DNA of 64,000 bases. Origin: the human T2T-CHM13v2.0 reference genome, Homo sapiens. The notes beneath the pieces were generated by a model. That model did no database searches. It was not told where the DNA came from and saw only the letters and a program-made list of their open reading frames with translations. Below, piece after piece: positions 40,701-55,800 of this stretch. Each line of letters starts with the position of its first letter. Within the stretch, counting starts at the first letter, position 1. The DNA lies in NCBI RefSeq assembly GCF_009914755.1, contig NC_060948.1. One strand, written 5' to 3'. Both the position numbers and the translations under genes were made by a program.

Positions 40701-43700
40701 ATTCCATTGGAGTCAATTCCTTTCGACACCCAGCCTTTGCAGTCAATGATTTTGGATTCCATTTTTTTGCATTCCATTACATTCTATGACATTCGATTCC
40801 GTTTCATTGCATTCCATTCCATACATTTTTATTCCATTCGAGACCGTAGCATTCCACTTTATTCCAGGCCTGTCCATTACACTACATTCCCTTCCATTCC
40901 AATGAATTCCATTCCATTCCAATCCATTCCTTTCCTTTCGCTTGCATTCCATTCTATTCCCTTCTACTGCATACAATTTCACTCCATTCGTTCCCATTCC
41001 ATTCAATTCCATTCCATTCAATTCCATTCCATTTGTTTCCATTCTCTTCGATTCCATTTCTTTATATTCCATGCCATTCGATTCCATTCTATTGGATTGC
41101 ATTACTTTCGTGTTCATTCCATTCCAGACCATTCCATTTGACTCCATTCCTTTCGAGCCCTTTCAATTTGAGTCCATTCCTTTCCAGTCCATTTCACTCC
41201 AGTCCATTACTATCCATTCCATACCATTCCATCCCATTCCATCCCATTCCATTCCATTCCATTCCATTCCATTCCATTAAATTGCATTCCATTCCATTCC
41301 ATTCCATTCCACTGCACTCCATTCCATTACATTCTAATCTATCTGAGTCGATTTTATTGCATTAGATTCTATTCCATTGGATTACTTTCCATTCGATTAC
41401 ATTCCATTCATGTACATTCCATTCCAGTCAATTACATTCGAGTTCATTACGTTACATTCCAGTATATTCCATTGTATTCGATCCCATTCCTTTCAATTCC
41501 ATTTCATTCGACTCCATTATATTCGATTCCATTCCACTCGAATCCATTCCATTAGAGGACATTCCATTCCAATGCATTCCATTCCATTCCATAGCATTCC
41601 ATTGCATTCGATTCCATTCCATTTGATGTCATTCCATTTGATGCCATTCCATGACATTCCATTCCATTCGAGTCCATTCCGTTCCAATTCATTCCATTCC
41701 GTTTCATTAAATTCGAGTCCTTTCCAGTACATTTCATTCCAATCCCATCCAATCCAATCTACTCCATTCAATTCCTTTCCATTCCATTTGATTTGATTCC
41801 ATTGATTTGATTCCATTCAGTTTGATTCCATTCCGTGAAATTTCCTTCCATTCTCTTCCATTGCATTACTTTCCATTCAATTCCATTCCATTTCATTTCA
41901 GTCCATTCGCTTCCTTTCCTTTCGATTCAATTCCATTTGATTCCACTCCATTCTATGCGATTTCATTCCAATCGATTCAATTCCATTCGATGACATTCCT
42001 TTCGTTTCCATTCCATTCGAGTCCATTCAATTTGAGCATTCGTGTCCATTCTATTCGAGTCCATTCCATTACCGTCTATTCTATTCCCTTCCATTCCTGT
42101 TGATTCAATTTCATTCCCTTCCATTGGATTCCTTTCCTTTCGATTCCATTCCTTTCCATTCCATTCCATTCGTTCCCATTCCATGTGATTTCATTCCATT
42201 CCAGTCCATTATATTCGAGTCCACTCCACTCCATTCTATTACATTCAATTCCTTTTGAGTCCGTTCCATAACACTCCATTCATTTCGATTCCATTTCTTG
42301 CCAGTTTTCTTCCATTTTATTCCATTCCGTTCGATTCCATTCCATTCGATTGCATTCCATTCGAATCCTTTCCATTCCATTTCATTCCATTCCTTTCTAT
42401 TCCATTCCATTTCATTCGATTTGATTCCATTCTGTTCTATTCCATTCAATTCTTTTTCATTCCATTCGAATCCTTTCTATTGCAGTCCATTCCATTCGAG
42501 TCCATTCCAATCCCTTCCATTCCATTCCATTACAGTCCATTCCAATGGATTCCATTCCTTTGCCTTCCATTCGAATCCATTCCATTCTAGTCCATTCCAT
42601 TTGAGTCAATTCCATTCCATTCCATTCTATTCCTTTCCAATCCATTCGATTCCATTCGATTCAATTCCATTTGATTCTCTTTCATTCTATTTTATTCCAT
42701 GCCATTTGATTGCATTGCATTCCATTCCGTTTGATTCCAGTCCATTCAAGAAAGTTCCATTCCAGTCCATTGCTTTCCAGTCCATTCCATTCCACTCTAG
42801 TCTATTCCACTCCATTCCTTTCCATTCCATTCCATACTATTCCATTCCATTCCTTTGCATTCCGTTTGCAATCTATTCGAGTCCATTGCATTCCAGTCCA
42901 ATCCATTCGATTACATTCCTTTTGATTCCCTGCCAGTCGATTGCATTGCATACTACACCATTCCAAAGGAGTCCATTCCATTCTATCTCAACACTTTCCA
43001 TTCCACTCTGTTCGAGTCCATTCCATTCCAGTCCATTTAATTCAAGGGCATTCCATTCCATTCCATTCCATTTCATTTTATTCCATTCCATTCAATTCCA
43101 TTCCAGATGATTCCATTCCATTCTATACCATTGCTCTCTGTTCCATTCCATTCCATCTGTCTCCATTCCTTTCGTTTCGATTCCTTTCCATTCCATTCCA
43201 TTACATTTGATCCTATTTTATTAAATTGCATTCTATTCGAGTGATTTCCATTCGAGTTCTTTCCATTCGATTCCATTCCTTTGGATTCCATTCCATTTCG
43301 TTCTGTTCACATCAATTCCTTACGATTCCATTACATTCGATTTCTTGCCATTCGATTCCATTCCTTTTGACTCCATTTCATTCGATTCCATTCCATTCCA
43401 TTAATTTCCATTCCATTCGAGACCTTTCCATTGCAGTCTTTTCCCTTCGAGTCCATTCCGTTCGATTCCCTTCCATTCGATTCCATTCCATTGGAGTCCG
43501 TACCAGTCGAGTCCATTCTATTCCAGTCCATTAGTTTCGACTCCATTGCATTCGAGTGCATTCCATTCCGTGGCTGTCCATTCCATTCCGTTTGATGCCA
43601 TTCCATACGATTCCATTCAATTCGAGACCATTCTATTCCTGTCCATTCCTTGTGGTTCGATTCCATTTCACTCTAGTCCATTCCATTCCATTCCATTACA

Positions 43701-46700
43701 TTCGACTCTATTCCGTTCCATTCAATTCCATTCCGTTCGATTCCATTTTTGTCGAGAACCTTCCATTACACTCCCTTCCATTCCAGTGCATTCCATTCCA
43801 GTCTCTTCAGTTCGATTCCATTCCATTCGTTTCGATTCCTGTCCATTCCAGCCCATTCCATTCCATTCCATTCCTTTCCTTTCCGTTTCATTAGATTCCA
43901 TTGCATTCGATTCCATTCAATTCAATTCCGTGCTATTCAATTTGATTCATTTCCATTTGATTCCATTCCATTAGATTCCATTCCGTACGATTCCATTCCT
44001 TTTGAATCCATTCCGCTGGAGTCCATTCACTTCCAGAACATTCCATTACAGTCGAATCCATTCGAGGACATTACATTAAAGTTCATTACATTCTAATACA
44101 TTCCATTCCATTGCATTCCATTCCATTCCATTCGATGCCATTCGATTCCATTCCATGCCAAATCATTGCATTCCTTTCCATTCCGTTCCTATCAATTCCA
44201 TTCCATTCGATTTAGTTCGATTCTATTCACTTCCATTCCATTCGATTCCATTCCATTGGAGTCAATTCCTTTTGACACCCAGCCTTTCCAGTCAATGATT
44301 TTGGAGTCCATTTTTTTGCATTCCATTACATTCTATGACATTCGATTCCGTTTCATTGCATTCCATTCCATGCATTTTTATTCCATTCGAGACCGTAGCA
44401 TTCTGCTTTATTCCAGGCCTGTCCATTACACTACATTCCCTTCCATTCCAATGAATTCCATTCCATTCCAATCCATTCCTTTCCTTTCGCTTGCATTCCA
44501 TTCTATTCTCTTCTACTGCATACAATTTCACTCCATTCGTTCCCATTCCATTCAATTCCATTCCATTCAATTCCATTCCATTTGTTTCCATTCTCTTCGA
44601 TTCCATTTCTTTATATTCCATGCCATTCGATTCCATTCTATTGGATTGCATTACATTCGTGTTCATTCCATTCCAGACCATTCCATTTGACTCCATTGCT
44701 TTCGAGCCCTTTCAATTTGAGTCCATTCCTTTCCAGTCCATTTCACTCCAGTCCATTACTATCCATTCCATACCTTTCCATCCCATTCCATTCCATTCCA
44801 TTCCATTCCATTCCATTCCATTGCATTCCATTCCATTCCATTCCATTGCACTGCACTCCATTCCATTGCATTCTACTCTATCTGAGTCGATTTTATTGCG
44901 TTAGATTCTATTCCATTGGATTACTTTCCATTCGATTACATTTCATTCATGTACATTCCATTCCAGTCAATTACATTCGAGTTCATTACATTACATTCCA
45001 GTATATTCCATTGTATTCTATCCCATTCCTTTCAATTCCATTTCATTCGACTCCATTATATTCGATTCCATTCCACTCGAATCCATTCCATTAGAGGACA
45101 TTCCATTCCAATGCATTCCATTCCATTCCATAGCATTCCATTGCATTCGATTCCATTCCATTTGATGCCATTCCATTTGATGCCATTCCATGACATTCCA
45201 TTCCATTCGAGTCCATTCCGTTCCAATTCATTCCATTCCGTTTCATGAAATTCGAGTCCTTTCCAGTACATTTCATTCCAATCCCATCCAATCCCATCTA
45301 CTCCATTCAATTCCTTTCCATTCCATTTGATTATATTCCATTGATTTGATTCCATTCAGTTTGATTCCATTCCGTGAAATTTCCTTCCATTCTCTTCCAT
45401 TGCATTACTTTCCATTCAATTCCATTCCATTTCATTTCAGTCCATTCGCTTCCTTTCTTTTCGATTCAATTCCATTTGATTCCACTCCATTCTATGCGAT
45501 TTCATTCCAATCGATTCAATTCCATTCGATGACATTCCTTTCGTTTCCATTCCATTCGAGTCCATTCAATTTGAGCATTCGTGTCCATTCTATTCGAGTC
45601 CATTCCATTACCGTCTATTCTATTCCCTTCCATTCCTGTTGATTCAATTTCATTCCCTTCCATTCGATTCCTTTCCATTCGATTCCATTCCTTTCCATTC
45701 CATTCCATTCGTTCCCATTCCATGTGATTTCATTCCATTCCAGTCCATTATATTCGAGTCCACTCCACTCCATTCTATTACATTCAATTCCTTTTGAGTC
45801 CGTTCCATAACACTCCATTCATTTCGATTCCATTTCTTGCCAGTTTTCTTCCATTTTATTCCATTCCGTTCGATTCCATTCCATTCTATTGCATTCCATT
45901 CGAATCCTTTCCATTCCATTTCATTCCATTCCTTTCTATTCCATTCCATTTCATTCGATTTGATTCCATTCTGTTCTATTCCATTCAATTCTTTTTCATT
46001 CCATTCGAATCCTTTCTATTGCAGTCCATTCCATTCGAGTCCATTCCAATCCCTTCCATTCCATTCCATTACAGTCCATTCCAATAGATTCCATTCCTTT
46101 GCCTTCCATTCGAATCCATTCCATTCTAGTCCATTCCATTTCAGTCAATTCCATTCCATTCCATTCTATTCCTTTCCAATCCATTCGATTCCATTCGATT
46201 CAATTCCATTTGATTCTCTTTCATTCTATTTTATTCCATGCCATTTGATTGCATTGCATTCCATTCCGTTTGATTCCAGTCCATTCAAGAAACTTCCATT
46301 CCAGTCCATTGCTTTCCAGTCCATTCCATTCCACTCTAGTCTATTCCACTCCATTCCTTTCCATTCCATTCCATACTATTCCATTCCATTCATTTGCATT
46401 CCGTTTCCAATCTATTCGAGTCCATTGCATTCCAGTCCAATCCATTCGATTACATTCCTTTTGATTCCCTGCCAGTCGATTGCATTGCATACTACACCAT
46501 TCCAAAGGAGTCCATTCCATTCTATCTCAACACTTTCCATTCCACTCTGTTCGAGTCCATTCCATTCCAGTCCATTTAATTCAAGGGCATTCCATTCCAT
46601 TCCATTCCATTCCATTTCATATTATTCCATTCCATTCAATTCCATTCCAGATGATTCCATTCCATTCTATACCATTGCTCTCTGTTCCATTCCATTCCAT

Positions 46701-46857
46701 CTGTCTCCATTCCTTTCGTTTCGATTCCTTTCCATTCCATTCCATTCCATTTGATCCTATTTTATTAAATTGCATTCTATTCGAGTGATTTCCATTCGAG
46801 TCCTTTCCATTCGATTCCATTCCATTCTATTCCATTCCTTTGGATTCCATTCCATTC
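37707..46857 (+). repeat. Copy 2 of a recent multi-unit duplication (period 10,657 bp = 3 units)
   Basis: ORF-track pairs 27166/37823, 29350/40007, 30720/41377, 32889/43546, 33834/44491 and 35180/45837 all differ by 10,657 and share rare variants. Confidence 0.85.
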
Positions 46858-49800
46858 CGTTCCGTTCACATCAATTCCTTGCGATTCCATTACATTCGAT
46901 TTCTTCCCATTCGATTCCATTCCTTTTGACTCCATTTCATTCGATTCCATTCCATTCCATTAATTTCCATTCCATTCGAGACCTTTCCATTGCAGTCTTT
47001 TCCCTTCGAGTCCATTCCGTTCGATTCCCTTCCATTCGATTCCATTCCATTGGAGTCCGTACCAGTCGAGTCCATTCTATTCCAGTCCATTAGTTTCGAC
47101 TCCATTGCATTCGAGTGCATTCCATTCCGTGGCTGTCCATTCCATTCCGTTTGATGCCATTCCATACGATTCCATTCAATTCGAGACCATTCTATTCCTG
47201 TCCATTCCTTGTGGTTCGATTCCATTTCACTCTAGTCCATTCCATTCCATTCAATTCCATTCGACTCTATTCCGTTCCATTCAATTCCATTCCATTCGAT
47301 TCCATTTTTGTCGAGAACCTTCCATTACACTCCCTTCCATTCCAGTGCATTCCATTCTAGTCTCTTCAGTTCGATTCCATTCCATTCGTTTCGATTCCTT
47401 TCCATTCCAGCCCATTCCATTCCATTCCATTCCTTTCCTTTCCGTTTCATTAGATTCCATTGCATTCGATTCCATTCAATTCAATTCCGTGCTATTCAAT
47501 TTGATTCATTTCCATTTAATTCCATTCCATTAGATTCCATTCCGTACGATTCCATTCCTTTTGAATCCATTCCATTGGAGTCCATTCACTTCCAGAACAT
47601 TCCATTCCAGTCGAATCCATTCGAGTACATTCCATTAAAGTTCATTACATTCTAATACATTCCATTCCATTGCATTCCATTCCATTCCATTCGATGCCAT
47701 TCGATTCCATTCCATGCCAAATCATTGCATTCCTTTCCATTCCATTCCTATCAATTCCATTCCATTCGATTTAGTTCGATTCTATTCACTTCCATTCCAT
47801 TCGATTCCATTCCATTGGAGTCAATTCCTTTCGACACCCAGTCTTTCCAGTCAATGATTTTGGAGTCCATTTTTTTGCATTCCATTACATTCTATGACAT
47901 TCGATTCCGTTTCATTGCATTCCATTCCATACATTTTTATTCCATTCGAGACCGTAGCATTCTGCTTTATTCCAGGCCTGTCCATTACACTACATTCCCT
48001 TCCATTCCAATGAATTCCATTCCATTCCAATCCATTCCTTTCCTTTCGCTTGCATTCCATTCTATTCTCTTCTACTGCATACAATTTCACTCCATTCGTT
48101 CCCATTCCATTCAATTCCATTCCATTCAATTCCATTCCATTTGTTTCCATTCTCTTCGATTCCATTTCTGTATATTCCATGCCATTCGATTCCATTCTAT
48201 TGGATTGCATTACATTCGTGTTCATTCCATTCCAGACCATTGCATTTGACTCCATTCCTTTCGAGCCCTTTCAATTTGAGTCCATTCCTTTCCAGTCCAT
48301 TTCACTCCAGTCCATTACTATCCATTCCATACCATTCCATCCCATTCCATTCCATTCCATTCCATTCCATTGCATTCCATTCCATTCCATTCCATTGCAC
48401 TGCACTCCATTGCATTACATTCTACTCTATCGGAGTCGATTTTATTGCATTAGATTCTATTCCATTGGATTACTTTACGTTCGATTACATTCCATTCATG
48501 TACATTCCATTCCAGTCAATTACATTCGAGTTCATTACATTACATTCCAGTATATTCCATTGTATTCGATCCCATTCGTTTCAATTCCATTTCATTCGAC
48601 TCCATTATATTCGATTCCATTCCACTCGAATCCATTCCATTAGAGGACATTCCATTCCAATGCATTCCATTCCATTCCATAGCATTCCATTGCATTCGAT
48701 TCCATTCCATTTGATGCCATTCCATTTGATGCCATTCCATGACATTCCATTCCATTCGAGTCCATTCCGTTCCAATTCATTCCATTCCGTTTCATGAAAT
48801 TCGAGTCCTTTCCAGTACATTTCATTCCAATCCCATCCAATCCCATCTACTCCATTCAATTCCTTTCCATTCCATTTGATTATATTCCATTGATTTGATT
48901 CCATTCAGTTTGATTCCATTCCGTGAAATTTCCTTCCATTCTCTTCCATTGCATTACTTTCCATTCAATTCCATTCCATTTCATTTCAGTCCATTCGCTT
49001 CCTTTCTTTTCGATTCAATTCCATTTGATTCCACTCCATTCTATGCGATTTCATTCCAATCGATTCAATTCCATTCGATGACATTCCTTTCGTTTCCATT
49101 CCATTCGAGTCCATTCAATTTGAGCATTCGTGTCCATTCTATTCGAGTCCATTCCATTACCGTCTATTCTATTCCCTTCCATTCCTGTTGATTCAATTTC
49201 ATTCCCTTCCATTCGATTCCTTTCCATTCGATTCCATTCCTTTCCATTCCATTCCATTCGTTCCCATTCCATGTGATTTCATTCCATTCCAGTCCATTAT
49301 ATTCGAGTCCACTCCACTCCATTCTATTACATTCAATTCCTTTTGAGTCCGTTCCATAACACTCCATTCATTTCGATTCCATTTCTTGCCAGTTTTCTTC
49401 CATTTTATTCCATTCCGTTCGATTCCATTCCATTCGATTGCATTCCATTCGAATCCTTTCCATTCCATTTCATTCCATTCCTTTCTATTCCATTCCATTT
49501 CATTCGATTTGATTCCATTCTGTTCTATTCCATTCAATTCTTTTTCATTCCATTCGAATCCTTTCTATTGCAGTCCATTCCATTCGAGTCCATTCCAATC
49601 CCTTCCATTCCATTCCATTACAGTCCATTCCAATAGATTCCATTCCTTTGCCTTCCATTCGAATCCATTCCATTCTAGTCCATTCCATTTGAGTCAATTC
49701 CATTCCATTCCATTCTATTCCTTTCCAATCCATTCGATTCCATTCGATTCAATTCCGTTTGATTCTCTTTCATTCTATTTTATTCCATGCCATTTGATTG

Positions 49801-52800
49801 CATTGCATTCCATTCCGTTTGATTCCAGTCCATTCAAGAAAGTTCCATTCCAGTCCATTGCTTTCCAGTCCATTCCATTCCACTCTAGTCTATTCCACTC
49901 CATTCCTTTCCATTCCATTCCATACTATTCCATTCCATTCCTTTGCATTCCGTTTCCAATCTATTCGAGTCCATTGCATTCCAGTCCAATCCATTCGATT
50001 ATATTCCTTTTGATTCCCTGCCAGTCGATTGCATTGCATACTAGACCATTCCAAAGGAGTCCATTCCATTCTATCTCAACACTTTCCATTCCACTCTGTT
50101 CGAGTCCATTCCATTCCAGTCCATTTAATTCAAGGGCATTCCATTCCATTCCATTCCATTTCATTTTATTCCATTCCATTCAATTCCATTCCAGATGATT
50201 CCATTCCATTCTATACCATTGCTCTCTGTTCCATTCCATTCCATCTGTCTCCATTCCTTTCGTTTCGATTCCTTTCCATTCCATTCCATTACATTTGATC
50301 CTATTTTATTAAATTGCATTCTATTCGAGTGATTTCCATTCGAGTCCTTTCCATGCGATTCCATTCCATTCTATTCCATTCCTTTGGATTCCATTCCATT
50401 TCGTTCCGTTCACATCAATTCCTTGCGATTCCATTACATTCGATTTCTTGCCATTCGATTCCATTCCTTTTGACTCCATTTCATTCGATTCCATTACATT
50501 CCATTAATTTCCATTCCATTCGAGACCTTTCCATTGCAGTCTTTTCCCTTCGAGTCCATTCCGTTCGGTTCCCTTCCATTCGATTCCATTCCATTGGAGT
50601 CCGTACCAGTCGAGTCCATTCTATTCCAGTCCATTAGTTTCGACTCCATTGCATTCGAGTGCATTCCATTCCGTGGCTGTCCATTCCATTCCGTTTGATG
50701 CCATTCCATACGATTCCATTCAATTCGAGACCATTCTATTCCTGTCCATTCCTTGTGGTTCGATTCCATTTCACTCTAGTCCATTCCATTCCATTCAATT
50801 CCATTCGACTCTATTCCGTTCCATTCAATTCCATTCCATTCGATTCCATTTTTGTCGAGAACCTTCCATTACACTCCCTTCCATTCCAGTGCATTCCATT
50901 CCAGTCTCTTCAGTTCGATTCCATTCCATTCGTTTCGATTCATTTCCATTCCAGCCCATTCCATTCCATTCCATTCCTTTCCTTTCCGTTTCATTAGATT
51001 CCATTGCATTCGATTCCATTCAATTCAATTCCGTGCTATTCAATTTGATTCATTTCCATTTAATTCCATTCCATTAGATTCCATTCCGTACGATTCCATT
51101 CCTTTTGAATCCATTCCATTGGAGTCCATTCACTTCCAGAACATTCCATTACAGTCGAATCCATTCGAGGACATCCCATTAAAGTTCATTACATCTAATA
51201 CATTCCATTCCATTGCATTCCATTCCATTCCATTCGATGCCATTCGATTCCATTCCATGCCAAATCATTGCATTCCTTTCCATTCCGTTCCTATCAATTC
51301 CATTCCATTCGATTTAGTTCGACTCTATTCACTTCCATTCCATTCGATTCCATTCCATTGGAGTCAATTCCTTTCGACACCCAGTCTTTCCAGTCAATGA
51401 TTTTGGAGTCCATTTTTTTGCATTCCATTACATTCTATGACATTCGATTCCGTTTCAATGCATTCCATTCCATACATTTTTATTCCATTCGAGACCGTAG
51501 CATTCTGCTTTATTCCAGGCCTGTCCATTACACTACATTCCCTTCCATTCCAATGAATTCCATTCCATTCCAATCCATTCCTTTCCTTTCGCTTGCATTC
51601 CATTCTATTCTCTTCTACTGCATACAATTTCACTCCATTCGTTCCCATTCCATTCAATTCCATTCCATTCAATTCCATTCCATTTGTTTCCATTCTCTTC
51701 GATTCCATTTCTTTATATTCCATGCCATTCGATTCCATTCTATTGGATTGCATTACATTCGTGTTCATTCCATTCCAGACCATTCCATTTGACTCCATTC
51801 CTTTCGAGCCCTTTCAATTTGAGTCCATTCCTTTCTAGTCCATTTCACTCCAGTCCATTACTATCCATTCCATACCATTCCATCCCATTCCATTCCATTC
51901 CATTCCATTCCATTCCATTGCATTCCATTCCATTCCATTGCACTGCACTCCATTCCATTACATTCTACTCTATCTGAGTCGATTTTATTGCATTAGATTG
52001 TATTCCATTGGATTACTTTCCATTCGATTACATTCCATTCATGTACATTCCATTCCAGTCAATTATATTCGAGTTCATTACATTACATTCCAGTATATTC
52101 CATTGTATTCGATCCCATTCCTTTCAATTCCATTTCATTCGACTCCATTATATTCGATTCCATTCCACTAGAATCCATTCCATTAGAGGACATTCCATTC
52201 CATAGCATTCCATTGCATTCGATTCCATTCTATTTGATGCCATTCCATGACATTCCATTCCATTCGAGTCCATTCCATTCCAATACATTCCATTCCGTTT
52301 CATGAAACTCGAGTCCTTTCCAGTACATTTCATTCCAATCCCATCCATTCCAATCTACTCCATTCAATTCCTTTCCATTCCATTTGATTATATTCCATTG
52401 ATTTGATTCTATTCAGTTTGATTCCATTCCGTGAAATTTCGTTCCATTCTATTCCATTGCATTACTTTCCATTCAATTCCATTCCATTTCATTTCAGTCC
52501 ATTCGCTTCCTTTCCTTTCGATTCAATTCCATTTGATTCCACTCCATTCTATGCGATTTCATTCCAATCGATTCAATTCCATTCGATGACATTCCTTTCG
52601 TTTCCATTCCATTCGAGTCCATTCAATTTGAGCATTCGTGTCCATTCTATTCGAGTCCATTCCATTACCGTCTATTCTATTCCCTTCCATTCCTGTTGAT
52701 TCAATTTCATTCCCTTCCATTCGATTCCTTTCCATTCGATTCCATTCCTTTCCATTCCATTCCATTCGTTCCCATTCCATGTGATTTCATTCCATTCCAG

Positions 52801-55800
52801 TCCATTATATTCGAGTCCACCCCACTCCATTCTATTACATTCAATTCCTTTTGAGTCCGTTCCATAACACTCCATTCATTTCGATTCCATTTCTTGCCAG
52901 TTTTCTTCCATTTTATTCCATTCCTTTCGATTGCATTCCATTCGGTTGCATTCCATTCGAATCCTTTCCATTCCATTTCATTCCATTCCTTTCTATTCCA
53001 TTCCATTTCATTCGATTTGATTCCATTCTGTTCTATTCCATTCAATTCTTTTTCATTCCATTCGAATCCTTTCTATTGCAGTCCATTCCATTCGAGTCCA
53101 TTCCAATCCCTTCCATTCCATTCCATTACAGTCCATTCCAATAGATTCCATTCCTTTGCCTTCCATTCGAATCCATTCCATTCTAGTCCATTCCATTTGA
53201 GTCAATTCCATTCTATTCCTTTCCAATCCATTCGATTCCATTCGATTCAATTCCATTTGATTCTCTTTCATTCTATTTTATTCCATGCCACTTGATTGCA
53301 TTGCATTCCATTCCGTTTGATTCCAGTCCATTCAAGAAAGTTCCATTCCAGTCCATTGCTTTCGAGTCCATTCCATTCCACTCTAGTCTATTCCACTCCA
53401 TTCCTTTCCATTCCATTCCATACTATTCCATTCCATTCCTTTGCTTTCCGTTTCCAATCTATTCGAGTCCATTGCATTCCAGTCCAATCCATTCGATTAC
53501 ATTCTTTTGATTCCCTGCCAGTCGATTGCATTGCATACTATACCATTCCAAACGAGTCCATTCCATTCTATTTCAACACTTTCCATTCCACTCTGTTCGA
53601 GTCCATTCCATTCCAGTCCATTCAATTCAAGGGCATTCCATTCCATTCCATTCCATTTCCTATTATTCCATTCCATTCAATTCCATTCCAGATTATTCCA
53701 TTCCATTCTATACCATTGCTCTCTGTTCCATTCCATTCCATCTGTCTCCATTCCTTTCGTTTCGATTCCTTTCCATTCCATTCCATTACATTTGATCCTA
53801 TTTTATTAAATTGCATTCTATTCGAGTGATTTCCATTCGAGTCCTTTCCATTCGATTCCATTCCATTCTATTCCATTCCTTTGGATTCCATTCCGTTCCG
53901 TTCCGTTCACATCAATTCCTTGCGATTCCATTACATTCGATTTCTTGCCATTCGATTCCATTCCTTTTGACTCCATTTCATTCGATTCCATTCCATTCCA
54001 TTAATTTCCATTCCATTCGAGACCTTTCCATTGCAGTCTTTTCCCTTCGAGGCCATTCCGTTCGATTCCCTTCCATTCGATTCCATTCCATTGGAGTCCG
54101 TACCAGTCGAGTCCATTCTATTCCAGTCCATTAGTTTCGACTCCATTGCATTCGAGTGCATTCCATTCCGTGGCTGTCCATTCCATTTCGTTTGATGCCA
54201 TTCCATAAGATTCCATTCAATTCGAGACCATTCTATTCTTGTCCATTCCTTGTGGTTCTATTCCATTTCACTCTAGTCCATTCCATTCCATTGAATTCCA
54301 TTCGACTCTATTCCGTTCCATTCAATTCCATTCCTTTCGATTCCCTTTTTTTCGAGAACCTTCCATTACACTCCCTTCCATTCCAGTGCATTCCATTCCA
54401 GTCTCTTCAGTTCGATTCCATTCCATTCGTTTCGATTCCATTCCATTCCAGCCCATTCTATTCCATTCCATTCCTTTCCTTTCCGTTTCATTAGATTCCA
54501 CTGCATTCGAATCCATTCAATTCAATTCCGTGCTATTCAATTTGATTCATTTCCATTTAATTCCATTCCATTATATTCCATTCCTTTCGATTCCATTCCT
54601 TTCGAATCCATTCCATTGGAGTGCATTCACTTCCAGAACATTCCATTCCAGTCGAATCCATTCGAGTACATTCCATTAAAGTTCATTACATTCTAATACA
54701 TTCCATTCCATTGCATTCCATTCCATTCCTTTTGATGCCATTCGATTCCATTCCATGCCAAATCATTGCATTCCTTTCCATTCCGTTCCTATCAATTCCA
54801 TTCCATTCGATTTAGTTCGATTCTATTCACTTCCATTCCATTCGATTCCATTCCATTGGAGTCAATTCCTTTCGACACCCAGCCTTTCCAGTCAATGATT
54901 TGGATTCCATTTTTTTGCATTCCATTACATTCTATGACATTCGATTCCGTTTCATTGCATTCCATTCCATACATTTTTATTCCATTCGAGACCGTAGCAT
55001 TCCACTTTATTCCAGGCCTGTCCATTACACTACATTCCCTTCCATTCCAATGAATTCCATTCCATTCCAATCCATTCCTTTCCTTTCGCTTGCATTCCAT
55101 TCTATTCTCTTCTACTGCATACAATTTCACTCCATTCGTTCCCATTCCATTCAATTCCATTCCATTCAATTCCATTCCATTTGTTTCCATTCTCTTCGAT
55201 TCCATTTCTTTATATTCCATGCCATTCGATTCCATTCTATTGGATTGCATTACATTCGTGTTCATTCCATTCCAGACCATTCCATTTGACTCCATTCCTT
55301 TCGAGCCCTTTCAATTTGAGTCCATTCCTTTCCAGTCCATTTCAATCCAGTCCATTACTATCCATTACACACCATTCCATCCCATTCCATTCCATTCCAT
55401 TCCATTCCATTGCATTCCATTCCATTCCATTCCATTGCACTGCACTCCTTTCCATTACATTCTACTCTATCTGAATCGATTTTATTGCATTAGATTCTAT
55501 TCCATTGGATTACTTTCCATTCGATTACATTCCATTCATGTACATTCCATTCCAGTCAATTACATTCGAGTTCATTACATTACATTCCAGTATATTCCAT
55601 TGTATTCGATCCCATTCCTTTCAATTCCATTTCATTCGACTCCATTATATTCGATTCCATTCCACTCGAATCCATTCCATTAGAGGACATTCCATTCCAA
55701 TGCATTCCATTCCATTCCATAGCATTCCATTGCATTCGATTCCATTCCATTTGATGCCATTCCATTTGATGCCATTCCATGACATTCCATTCCATTCGAG

